A DNA stretch of 64,000 nucleotides from Octopus vulgaris (Eukaryota), in contig OX597829.1 in assembly GCA_951406725.2 (NCBI GenBank), forward strand, positions 40,672,001 through 40,736,000, read 5' to 3'. Positions 13,575 to 25,564 of this stretch are shown here, in pieces; the first letter of the stretch is position 1, and each line of letters starts with the position of its first letter. The notes beneath the pieces are model-generated. The model worked only from the letters and a program-made list of their open reading frames with translations, did no database searches and was not told the DNA's origin. The position numbers were made by a program, and so were the translations under genes.

Positions 13575-13720
13575 CATCTCTCAAACCATCCATCCCCCCC
13601 GAAACATCGTTAACGCTATTGTCAAAACACCTGTCTCCAGGTGTCAAACCTAGTCACTAATAAGCCAATATTTTAAAGACTCCACAGCACAATCCAATGT
13701 GCTTACAAAGAAAAGAAATA
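13575..13720 (+). mobile_element. Possible decayed Penelope-like RT C-terminal fragment
   Basis: [17 protein letters not shown].. resembles the (SN)HPPxIxxxI..I..R motif of PLE reverse transcriptases; short and degenerate. Confidence 0.3.
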
Positions 13721-14429
13721 TCCTCCATGCAGGAACACAATGGAACGAGTAAGAGTAACAAAAACTGGAAATGTAATACAGCCTTGTGTTATCTTCAATA
13801 TTTAATACTGCAAATACAACTCGGATAGCTTGTCTTCATTTAACGTTTTGCCTAAGGACTTTAGTCTGTTACAGTGATAACAAAATGTTTCGTAAACACT
13901 ATAAAATTTTCATACTCAGCCACACCTAACACTGTATGTGTACTTTCGTCTTTTTGTTTATTGCAAGCTTAATAAACCTACTGCAATCTTAAATATCAGA
14001 AACCACAACTTAAATTTTACTGGCAAAATACCCACTGAAGTAAAATTAATTTATATATTTCTGTGGATATATATATATTACAAAGGACATTATTTATCAA
14101 TGTGAAGTTTTGACACAAAATTCTTCAAGTTTTTGTTTTTTTATTAGCCTTTCATGTTATGCATTCAAATTTGATAGTTTTAAAAATACACAAAAAAAAA
14201 GAGAGCTAAAATGAAAAAGAAAACAAAAGATGCAAAGATGTCGCCATTTCATCATTTAAATTGCAAATAAAAAGACAGTAATGGAAGACTGTATGCTTAG
14301 TCCTGTAATTGAAATAGAAGACCATGTAATTTGCGCACAGCTGATGCCTATGAAATTGTATTCACCAAGAAACACCTCATAATAAACATCCAGAAAGAAA
14401 GTCTACATGTTGACATAAAATATAGAGAA

Positions 14430-14830
14430 TGCGCTGGAGTGGCTGTGTGGTAAGACGTTGCTAACCAACCACATGGTTCCGGGTTCAGTCCCACTGCGTG
14501 GCATCTTGGGCAAGTGTCTTCTGCTATAGCCCCGGGCCGACCAATACCTCGTGAGTGGATTTGGTAGACAGAAACTGAAAGAAGCCTGTCGTATATATGT
14601 ATATATATATATGTGTGTGTGTTTGTGTGTCTGTGTTTGTCCCCCTAGCATTGCTTGACAACCGATGCTGGTGTGTTAACGTCCCCGTCATTTAGCAGTT
14701 CGGCAAAAGAGACCGATAGAATAAGTACTGGGCTTACAAAGAATAAGTCCCGGGATCGATTTGCTCGACTAAAGGTGGTGCTCCAGCATGGCCGCAGTCA
14801 AATGACTGAAACCAGTAAAAGAGTAAAGAA
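14430..14830 (+). mobile_element. Family-A SINE
   Basis: Full head-to-tail match to the family. Confidence 0.9.
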
Positions 14831-16014
14831 TGTTTCAAAACGATACACCTATCATACTTCATCTTGCTATCATCATCGGTCTGTGGTCATGCTGGTCAAG
14901 ACAGTACCCCAGCATGATGGGGTACTGTCTTGATGGGTTTTAGCCATACAAGTTCACCCCAATATTTATTTTCGTTTTTTTAAAAGTCTAGTCTTTATAC
15001 TATCATTCTCTTCTGCTGAACCTTCTTGGGTCAAGCTTTTTGGGTGGATATATAGGTATGTGTCTATGTAAAAACTCACATACAATATTATTTTAACAAA
15101 CAAGACAAAGGCTGTTTGATATATGTTATACAGTATATTTATTGGTATGAAACTGATTTACTCCATATGGTAACAGATTATGTATATATAATAGATATAG
15201 AATCCAATTATGTATATATGTATATATTGTGTGTGTGAGTGCGGATATATATGTATGTGTACATATATTTATACACGTTTTTGTGTACAATTGACTAAAC
15301 ATCATGCGATGGTCATAAACCAGAGTCATCTAAGAAAAACACATCTTGTCACAGAGAAATATAACCTTGCTATATATATGAAGGTTGGTGACAGGAAGGG
15401 CATCAAGCTGCAGAAACCATGCGACAACAGACAATCGGAGTCTGGACATCTCCTTCAATAAATTTGGTGTAACCCATGCAAGAATAAAATAAAGCAGGCA
15501 ATTAAATGCCTGCTTTTCCATTCTACCATAATTACCGGCTGAGTAATTATGGGAGAATTACCCAAGGCACAAAGGCTTGTAAAATGTTAATGAGTGGCAA
15601 TGGATAAATCATACAGCAAATTCCAGTACAGAATAATTAAAAATATTGCAGTTGTCTTTTACCGTTTTATCTTTTACTTCTTGTTTCAGTCAATGAACTG
15701 GGGCCATACTGGGGCACCACCTTGAAGTCTTTTGGTCAAGTAAACTGACCCCAGCACTCACTTATTTTAAAGTCTGGTACTTATTCTTTTCTACTCTAGG
15801 CACAGAGCCCAAAATTTTTTTTTGGGGGGGGCAGTCGATTAGATCCACCCCAGTACACAACTGGTACTTAATTTATAGACCCTGAAAGGATGAAAAGCAA
15901 AGTGAACTTCAGTGGAATTTGAACTTAGAAAATAATGACAGACGAAATACCACTAAGCATTTCGCACAGCATGCTAAAATTTCTACCAACTTGCCACCTT
16001 AGTCTGGTATTTAT

Positions 16015-16445
16015 TCTTCCCAATAGCAACATATGGGTGCGAGACCTGGACACTAAAGAAAGCTGACCAGAAGAGAATTAATGCATTCGAGCTTTGGTGT
16101 TGGAGAAGACTTTTACGGATTCCATGGACAGCGAGGATCACCAATGGAGAAGTTCTTAAGCAGATCAGGCCGAAAATGTCGCTAGAAGCTAGGATCACCA
16201 AGCATCGATTGGCATATTTCGGTCATATTATGCAGAGAAAATTCCTGGAGAAGGACATCATGCTCGGAATGGTCAGTGGCAAGAGAGGAATAGACCGACC
16301 AAGAATCCGCTGGCTTGACACCATCAAGAGTGATACCGGAATGGACATAACCAATCTGAAAGAAGCAGCCCAGGATAGAACTGACTGGAGGACAATGATC
16401 CAATGAGTAACCGAGAGTCGACTTCGACTGAGCGGATAGATAGTT
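16015..16445 (+). mobile_element. RTE-clade (BovB-like) LINE 3' end
   Basis: Open frame FPIATYGCETWTLKKADQKRINAFELWCWRRLLRIPWTARITN..LAYFGHIMQR..LEKDIMLGMVSGKR..RPRIRWLD..AAQDRTDWR; ends in a gata-like tail. Confidence 0.9.
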
Positions 16446-17469
16446 AGATCTTTTACCAAATGACTAAGTTACAAAAACATAAACAAACACCAATTGTCTA
16501 GTACGAACAAACAGAAAAACACACACACATATATATATATATGTATAATGGGCGTCCATACAGTTTTCCTCTACCAAATCCACCCAGAAGGCTTTAGTCA
16601 ATCTGGGGCTTTAATAGGAGACATCCAAAGTGCCATACAGTGGAACTGAACATGAAACTATGTGTTTGCAAAGCATGCTTGTTAACCGCACAACCATGCC
16701 TGCATCTATTGAAAATCTTTAAAAGGTACCATGCTGTAGACTTAGATTTTCCAATATTACATTTAGCTGATCTTGATGCTATGAATCCTGGACAAGACAA
16801 CATGGTCTGACAAAATGGTTAGACTAACAAGGATGAAATTTCAGCTTCTACTTTTCAGTTTTCAGACTTTCCTGTTCTTTCTCAAAAAAAGAAAAGAAAA
16901 AAAAGCACTAGAAATAAATACAATCGTTATATAGATTTAATTAATTACTTAAATAAATTAATTACATTAATTAATCTGTGTGCTTAAATGTGTGTTAAAA
17001 ACCTTTCGTCATTTATTAATTGAAAAAAAAAATCTACATAACTGGATGATTAATTATGGATACACATACATACACACATACACATACACACAAATATATA
17101 TATAGGTATGTGTGTATGTAAACACACATACAATTTTGTTAAAAAACAAGACAAAGCTATGAAACTGATTTACTTCATGTGGTAACAGATTATATATATA
17201 TATATGGGAGAGAGAGAGAGAGATAATCTGGTGTACCAGGTTATGTGTGTGTAAGTATATATATATGAAATACTATTTTTCATAAGTAACTGTATGCTAC
17301 ATCTCTCTTTCTCTCTAGATAGGATGACCTAAAAACTTCTGACAAGTAAGTAAAGGCAGGTGAAACTAGTCGACTTGTTCTTTACAGTACTTTACAGAGA
17401 GGGAAAGAAGGAGAGGAGACTGTGGTTTCATTAGGCTTTCTATTTACACAGTAAGGTCACAGTTTTTCT

Positions 17470-17500
<31 letters not shown>

Positions 17501-17985
17501 CATCATCATCATCATCGTTTAACGTCCGCTTTCCATGCTAGCATGGGTTGGACGTATGACTGAGGGCTGGCGAACCAGATGGCTGCACCAGGCTTCAATC
17601 TTGATCTGGCAGAGTTTCTACAGCTGGATGCCCTTCCTAACGCCAACCACTCCGAGAGTGTAGTGGGTGCTTTTACATGCCACCGGCACGGGGCCAGTCA
17701 GGCAGCACTGGCAATGACCTCGCTCGAATCTTTTACACATGCCACCAGCGTGGGTGCCAGTAAGGCAATGCTGGTAACGATCACACTCGAATAGTGTTTT
17801 TTACGTGTCACCAGCATGGAGGCCAGACAGCCACTCTGGCAACGATCACGCTCGGTGGTCTCTTAATACCCTACTAGCACGGGGCTCGAGTGCCAGTAGT
17901 GCGACGCTGGTAACGATCACGCTTGAATGGTGCCTTTTAAGTGCCACTGGCACGGAAGCCGGTTAGCCGTTCTGTCAATGATCGC
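17501..17985 (-). mobile_element. RTE-associated 3' UTR repeat (family C) with internal ~60-70 bp tandem units
   Basis: (GAT)n tail, CCAACCCATGCTAGCATGGAAAGCGGACGTTAAA end and AGGAAGGGCATCCAGC motif; copies at 498-770, 20621-20866, 26627-27025, 43058-43240, 53677-54108 and 63712-63970. Confidence 0.8.
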
Positions 17986-18081
17986 AATGAGAAGAAATTT
18001 CTGGTGTGGAAGCAAGGCTTAGTAAGTAGGAAAATAAGCAAATCACAAGTCCCTTCTGGGAGATGGTCCTGTTCAATATGT

Positions 18082-18935
18082 ACAAAGCATTATCAAAAAA
18101 TTCCCAGACTAGTTCTGTAGTGCGCCAACAGATGGCAGCGCACGCTTGTGTGGACAGTGAAAGCTAGCAGTGTGCTGAGTGAGATCATGTGTATGCTGTA
18201 GTCTGTGATTTTTGTCATGGACAGAAAGTTTGAGCAAAGATCCAACATGAAATTTGGCGTTTAACTTGGGAAGTTTACTACAGAGACATTGAGCATGCTT
18301 TGGCAAGCTTATGGTGACAAGGCAATGGGTTGTATGCAATGCTTTGAATGGCACAAGTGCCTCAAAAGTGGATGAACATCCCCTAGAAGATGGTGTGTGT
18401 TCTGGAAGATCTGCCTCGAGCGTCACCCCCAGAAATGTGGAGAAAATTCATCAGTTTGTGCATGAAGATTGTCAGAAGACAATCAACAATATTTTGCAGC
18501 GTTTGAGGGTGGCCATTCAGTGAAAGCAACCAGATCTGTAGGGTGTGAAAGAATAGGATTCTTCACGATGACAATTGCACCCTGTCACTGAGATTTCTTC
18601 ACTCATGGATTTCTCATCAAAAACAGTATGGTATCTCTTCTGCACCCCCACCCCTCCTGTTCACCAGATTTAGAACCTGCCAACTTCCATTTCTTCCCCC
18701 AAAATGAAAACGCAGCTCAACAGTCGAGGTCAAGAATGAATCATAGAAGTTTCTTGACTTGCTTACAGAAAGCGACTTCCAGGCCAGATTCCAAAAGTGG
18801 AAGGAACGCTGAGATGACCAGTGTATTGCTGTGCAAGGTTGACTATTTTGAAGGAGATGATGCTAAAACTTAAGTAAATAAATTAGTTTTTAATTAAACA
18901 TAATTAGTCTGGGAACCTTTTTTTTTTTTTGATAC
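18082..18935 (+). mobile_element. Internally deleted, decayed mariner element
   Basis: Imperfect TIRs (tatcaaaaaattcccagacta / tagtctgggaacctttt..gata); remnants EQRSNMKF..LGK..TETL, CFEWHK, LED...SGR, ILHDDN and SPDLEPANFHFFP. Confidence 0.8.
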
Positions 18936-18969
18936 AGCTGGGTGTTGATAGAAACTCCATACATTGTAT

Positions 18970-19930
18970 CCCATTGCAAGCTTTGCACACATACAAGGTG
19001 TAATATCGCAGGAAGGTTAACAGAGAATATAGTGTTTGTGTTTAGCAAATGTGCAGGTATAATAAGCACTAAAAATGCACAGACAATAAACTCCCTTAAA
19101 TCCTTGGGGGGATCATTAGATGTAGCAGATAGCTTCTGTTACCTAGGAGACCAAGTTAGCAGTAGTGGAGGCAGTTTTTAAAGTGTAATTGCTAGAATAA
19201 GAATGGGCTAGATAATGTTCAGAGAATTTCTATCTTTGTTGACAACTGAGGGCCTCTCGCTCAGAGTGAAAGGCAGATTGTATGATGCATGTCTACATAC
19301 AGCTATGTTACACGACTGAAACATGGGTTTTGACTTGAGAGGATGTGTGAAGGCTTGGAAGAAATGATGAAGCTAGCATGCACCATTGGATGAGTAAGGT
19401 CAGTGTACATGCGCCAGCAGAGTGTAAATGATTAGGAGGAAAACTGGATATGAGACATCATACGTTTGTGTGCAAGAGGGAAGACTGCACTGGTTTGGTC
19501 ATGTGATGCATAAGGATGAGGGACAGCTGCATGACAATGTGCTGAGCTCCAGTTGTGGAGGGCTACATGTGGAAGAAGTAGACCGAGGAAGATGTGGGAC
19601 AGATTGGTGAGAAAGGATCTTCAGACGCTGGGCCTCACTGAGGAAATGGCAAGGGCCTGGGGGGTGTGGCAATTTGCTGTACTTGATAAGACGAGTCAAA
19701 GTGAGTAAAATCCCTGTCTTCTACACGTACAGGCTGGTCCTTTCAGGTGCTGGTGCCACTTGTAAAGCATCCAGTGCAGTCTATTAAGTGGTTGGCATTA
19801 TTAGGAAAGACATCTGGCTGTAGAAACCAAGCCACAACAGGGCAATTGGAATTTGGCCAGTTCCTTGTCAAACCATCCAACCCATGCCAGCATGGAAAAT
19901 GGATGTTAAACGATGATGATGATGATTATA
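18970..19930 (+). mobile_element. Decayed RTE-clade LINE (RT C-terminus plus 3' UTR)
   Basis: DSFCYLGDQVSSSGG, LSLRVKGRLYDAC, RLHWFGHVMH with stops and frameshifts; continues into the family-C UTR and (GAT)n tail. Confidence 0.85.
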
Positions 19931-20060
19931 ATGACGAGATATATACACACACACACCTATAAATATATAATTAAATAATAATGGTAGTAATTGATATTAA
20001 TCAATTAAAACTAGTGGTTTAGCATATTTAAAAATCCGAAGATTAAAAATTGTGTTACAT

Positions 20061-20279
20061 ACAAAATTAAGAGGAATGACCACTAGAGTGGACACCTAAT
20101 ATGCTAAACGTATTACCACGAAGAGTATATTCTCAAGAAAAATCTTAGCAAAATGCAAAAATATTTTGGTGATTTGCAGAGATTTTTCTTGAGAACACAT
20201 TCTTTGTGGTAATGGCGATTTGACGTCTATGTTTAGGATATTAGGTGTCCACTTTAGTGGTCATTCCTCTTAATTTTGT
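20061..20279. repeat. ~220 bp imperfect palindrome
   Basis: acaaaattaagaggaatgaccactagagtggacacctaata... mirrored by ...tattaggtgtccactttagtggtcattcctcttaattttgt. Confidence 0.85.
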
Positions 20280-20312
20280 GTGAGTGTGTGTGTGTATATA
20301 TATATATATATG

Positions 20313-23300
20313 TGTGTTTTGGGCTTGTATTCTTGTTTTGGTGGGTTGGGAACGAAGAGAATAGAAAGAATAAAAAGTTTGAGAAGTAAGGAGAGGTAAA
20401 GGAGGTGTGGCTTTTGTATCCATGTGGTTAGACTTGTTTGATTAGGATTCAATATGTTGGGGGGGGGGGGTTCTACTTAGTGACCTTTTGGGTGGGGTAG
20501 AAAAGGAATTTTTGTATTCAAGTGGTCAAAGATTTTAATTGGAAAACCCCTAATGTTGTTTTTGATTTTCTCCAGTAAGAATTACAATTATATTTCAAGG
20601 TCTTGTTTTTATAATTCTTTCAGGTAAAAAGCACCATCCAATTGGTGGCTGGCCGTTTGCCAGCCTCGTCTGGCACCTGTGCCGGTGGCATGTAAAAAGC
20701 ACCCACTACACTCATGGAGTGGTTGGCGTTAGGAAGGGCATCCAGCCGTAGAAACACTGCCAGATTAGACTGGAGCCTGGTGCAGCCTCCTGGCTTCCCA
20801 GACCCCAGTTGAACCGTCCAACCCATGCTAGCATGGAAAGCGGACGCTAAACAATGATGATGATGAATGTCAGGGAGAGAGAATGGTTGTATGGAAGTGG
20901 TCGATTTTTGTTTTTATTAAAATTACTCATGCTTTTGATTTAGCTGTGTATAGCTGTGTTTTTGAAAGAGTGATTTTTAAGCAAGTATAGTTACGATTTT
21001 TAAATACAATCTGAAACATGTTTAAGTGTGAGAAAGTGTTTCTCAATTATAAATATGATCTGAATTTCTTTAAAAAAAACTATAAATATGATTGTTGTTC
21101 AACATAAATGCAAATATGAACTGCAAGACACAATCTCATATACTGCATTACTTGCCCCAAATGCAAGAATTATATTTGTGAAGCCAATAATTCCCCACAC
21201 CCCTATTCAGATTATACTCTTTACTCTTTTACTCTTTTACTTGTTTCAGTCATTTGACTGCGGCCATGCTGGAGCACCGCCTTTAGTCGAGCAAATCAAC
21301 CCCGGGACTTATTCTTTGTAAGTCCAGTACTTATTTTATCGGTCTCTTTTGCCGAACCGTTAAGTGACGGGGACGTAAACACACCAGCATCGGTTGTCAA
21401 GCAATGCTAGGGGGACAAACACAGACACACAAACACACACACGCATATATATATACATATATACGACGGGCTTCTTTCAGTTTCCGTCTACCAAATCCAC
21501 TCACAAGGCTTTGGTCGGCCCAAGGCTATAGTAGAAGACACTTGCCCAAGGTGCCACGCAGTGGGACTGAACCCGGAACCATGTGGTTGGTAAACAAGCT
21601 ACTTACCACACAGCCACTCCTGCGCCTATAGTTACGATTTTTAAATACAATCTGAAACATGTTTAAGTGTGAGAAAGTGTTTCTCAATTATAAATATGAT
21701 CTGAATTTCTTTAAAAAAAACTATAAATATGATTGTTGTTCAACATAAATGCAAATATGAACTGCAAGACACAATCTCATATACTGCATTACTTGCCCCA
21801 AATGCAAGAATTATATTTGTGAAGCCAATAATTCCCCACTCCCCTATTCAGATTATACTCTTTACTCTTTTACTCTTTTACTTGTTTCAGTCATTTGACT
21901 GCGGCCATGCTGGAGCACCGCCTTTAGTCGAGCAAATCAACCCCGGGACTTATTCTTTGTAAGTCCAGTACTTATTTTATCGGTCTCTTTTGCCGAACCG
22001 CTAAGTAACGGGGACATAAACACACCAGCATCGGTTATCAAGCAATGCTAGGGAGACAAACACAGACACACAAACACACACACGCATATATATATACATA
22101 TATACGACGGGCTTCTTTCAGTTTCCGTCTACCAAATCCACTCACAAGGCTTTGGTCGGCCCGAGGCTATAGTAGAAGACACTTACCCAAGGTGCCACGC
22201 AGTGGGACTGAACCCGGAACCATGTGGTTGGTAAACAAGCTACTTACCACACAGCCACTCCTGCGCCTATAGTTACGATTTTTAAATACAATCTGAAACA
22301 TGTTTAAGTGTGAGAAAGTGTTTCTCAATTATAAATATGATCTGAATTTCTTAAAAAAAACTATAAATATGATTGTTGTTCAACATAAATGCAAATAGGA
22401 ACTGCAAGACACAATCTCATATACTGCATTACTTGCCCCAAATGCAAGAATTATATTTGTGAAGCCAATAATTCCCCACTCCCCTATTCAGATTATACTC
22501 TTTACTCTTTTACTCTTTTACTTGTTTCAGTCATTTGACTGTGGCCATGCTGGAGCACCGCCTTTAGTCGAGCAAACCGACCCCGGGACTTATTCTTTGT
22601 AAGTCCAGTACTTATTTTATCGGTCTCTTTTGCTGAACCGTTAAGTGACGGGGACGTAAACACACCAGCATCGGTTGTCAAGCAATGCTAGGGGGACAAA
22701 CACAGACACACAAACATATACACACACACTTATATATATATACATATATAGAACAGGCTTCTTTCAGTTTCCGTCTACCAAATCCACTCACAAGGCATTG
22801 GTCGGCCCGGGGCTATAGCAGAAGACACTTGCCCAAGATGCCACGCAGTGGGACTGAACCCGGAATCATGTGGTTGGTTAGCAAGCTACTTACCACACAG
22901 CCACTCCTGCACCTATTATATTTATGATTCCTTATGATTTGTAGATTCTTATCCTTTGATTTAGATTTGTATTTACAATTGTGAATATATCCACTTAAGC
23001 AGGGTATATTTTCATTGTCGTTTCGAAAATTTCCCCCTCACCCTTTTTTTTTTTTTTAGATTCGAATCATATTTATGATTTTTTAAAGAAATTCATATCC
23101 TATTTATAATTGAGAAATACTTTCCCACACTTAAGCTTTTTCCAGATTGTATTTAAAATTGCAACTTTAATTGCTTAAAAATCACTCTTTCAAAAGTATA
23201 GCCATACATGGCTAAAATCAGAAAACATCTGGAATTTTAATTTTTGAAAAAAATATGATTAAAAAAAATTTAACCACATCCATACAACCATTCTTTTTCT

Positions 23301-23637
23301 CCCTTACATTAATGAATACAAAAGAATTATAAAAACAAGACCTTGAAATATAATTGTAATTCTTACTGGAGAAAATCAAAAACAAAATTGGGGGTTTTCC
23401 AATTAAAATCTTTGACCACTTGAATACAAAAATTCCTTTTCTACCCCACCCAAAAGGTCACTAAGTGGAATAAAAAAAACCGACATATTGAATTCTAATC
23501 AAACAAGTCTGACCACACTGATATAAAAGCCACGCCTCCTTTACCCCCCTCCTCCACTTCTTAAACATTTTATTCTTTCTTTTCCCTTCCTCCAACCCCC
23601 CCCCCCAAAAAAACAAGAATACAAGCCCAAAACACAC
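20313..23637. repeat. Large fold-back: inverted arms 20313-21093 and 23066-23637
   Basis: Arms are reverse complements over more than 500 bp; the left arm carries a family-C insertion (20621-20866). Confidence 0.85.
20986..22913. repeat. Tandem triplication of a 641 bp unit (GIY-YIG-like remnant plus family-A SINE)
   Basis: Units start at 20986, 21627 and 22268; near-identical sequence. Confidence 0.95.
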
Positions 23638-23920
23638 TCCTACTTTCCTTTCTCTATCTTCACTCTCTCCCCATCTCTCACCTCTGCACCTTCCTTTCTA
23701 ATTTGTTCCCCTTCTTCTCTCTCTACCCCTTTCTAAAACATCAGCTTCAATTTTATAAAAAAAAAAAAGGGGAAGCAAACTTATTGTAAACTACTTTTTT
23801 GATAAATCCAATAATGGAAGAAAGCGCTAAAATTATATATAACCATCAAACATTCTGACTACCTTGTTATTCTCACTATACAATATCTGTACATCACTTC
23901 AAATACTCTCTACATATATA

Positions 23921-24423
23921 TCTATATATATAAAACTGTAGTTGTGTGCGTGTCTGTCCCCTTCGATTTAGATTCCTAACTCCTCCCACATTTTGCGGTG
24001 CAGTTTAACCAAATTCGGGTATCTTATAGTCGTGATTCATATCGAGTATTAGCACGTGTCTACGATGAGTCTACGATTTAAAAAATAATTTAACATCATT
24101 TTTTATTCCATTTTAATGCATAATTTTTCATGTGTCGATGGTGGCGGAGTTGGCGTCCATGGTCACACCTGCACCTGTTTGCTTCTCCCCCTTCTTCCCT
24201 CCCTCGTGAAGCTGTGGGGAAGGGAGTGTAAAGAAATCAACGTCGTAAAGCGTTGTCAAGGAGACCAGCGTTCTTTTAGAACAACGACTTCATGGCTTGA
24301 AGACACCAAAAACAGAAATGGCTAAGAAAGCCCGAATTGGCATTTATAAGGGAAGTAACTCTCTAAAAATGCTTATATAGTTATTTCCCTTACAAACCTG
24401 AGCAACGCCGGGCGATACTGCTA

Positions 24424-24424
<1 letters not shown>
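23921..24424 (+). mobile_element. Non-autonomous Helitron-type element
   Basis: 5' TC, 3' CTAG, inserted between A and T without TSD; subterminal imperfect hairpin cctgagcaacgccggg. Confidence 0.75.
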
Positions 24425-24464
<40 letters not shown>

Positions 24465-24762
24465 CATGATCACCATGACCGATCAGGCTATCAGATGTTG
24501 CTACACATCGCTGGTCACAATGCGCTTTGCATTGTTTTAGCCTTCAAGTAACGCCACCCCCACTGGCTAAGCGCAGGCCAACAGAAGAACGAGTGAGAGA
24601 AAGTTGTGGCGAAAGAGTACAGCAGGGATCGCCACCACCACCCCCTGCCGGAGCCTCGTGGAGCTTTAGGTGTTTTCACTCAATAAACACTCACAACGCC
24701 CGGTCTGGGAATCAAAACCGCAATCCTACAACCGCGAGTCCGCTGCCCTAACCATTGCACCT

Positions 24763-24797
<35 letters not shown>

Positions 24798-25184
24798 CGT
24801 GAGAAAGAGGGGTACGGGCATGGCTGTATGGTTTAAGAAGCTTGCTTCCCAACTAAGTAGTCTTTGGTTCAGTCTCACTGTGTGGCTCCTTGTGCAAGTG
24901 TTTTCCACTGTAGTCCTAGGCTGATAAAAGCCTTGTGGATGGATTTGGTAGGCAGACACCGGGAAGATTTTGCTTTGCTTAGAAACAGGTGAAGGTTGGT
25001 GACAGGAAGGCCATCCAGCTGTAGGAAAAGTAAATCTGCCTCAACAAAACTTCTTCCATCTGACTGATGCAAACTTGGATAAGTGGACCATAACCTGTTT
25101 ATCAGTTAAACTGTCGACATCTGGCCTAAATATTCTGCTTGTTCTATGTTCAAATCGACCAGACTCATCCACCTTACAATGTCA

Positions 25185-25564
25185 TCTCTATATATATAAA
25201 CGGCAAAATGTCTGTCTGTCTGTCTGTGTGTGTGCGTGTCGTTTATACAAAGCCACAATTTTTCAGTTAGAGGGGTCGCACTTTCTATGGTCATTCAAAA
25301 CCGTCCAAGGTTGGTCGTGCACATCGTTACATTTCCCCAGTCACCCTGCAAAGCCATTAAAAAACCAGTAGAAGTGACATTTTTGTGAATTTTCTATCCA
25401 AAACCCAATCAAAATTCCCAAAACTTGATACGCCAATTGAATGCCAGCTAGCTGTATGTGATTGGTCGGAGATTTGGACAGTACTCGCGTGTATGTGCGC
25501 ATGCACGCAGCTGTATATGCATGCACTGGCACTAAGACCCGGCGTTGCCAGGTCATAGTGCTAG
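25185..25564 (+). mobile_element. Second Helitron-type element, nested in a piggyBac-like MITE
   Basis: A|TC...CTAG|T; hairpin gacccggcgttgccaggtc ~6 nt before CTAG; flanks match the MITE at 46772-46992. Confidence 0.75.

Noticed and set aside
17670-17985. CRISPR-like array of palindromic repeats with spacers
   Set aside because: The spacers are homologous to each other, the array is part of a LINE 3' UTR, the context is eukaryotic and there are no cas genes.
21404-21631. Recurrent MLGGQTQTH...RLPNPLTR...GTEPGTMW and MTTDAGV... ORFs resembling a gene family
   Set aside because: They are chance frames through family-A SINE copies.
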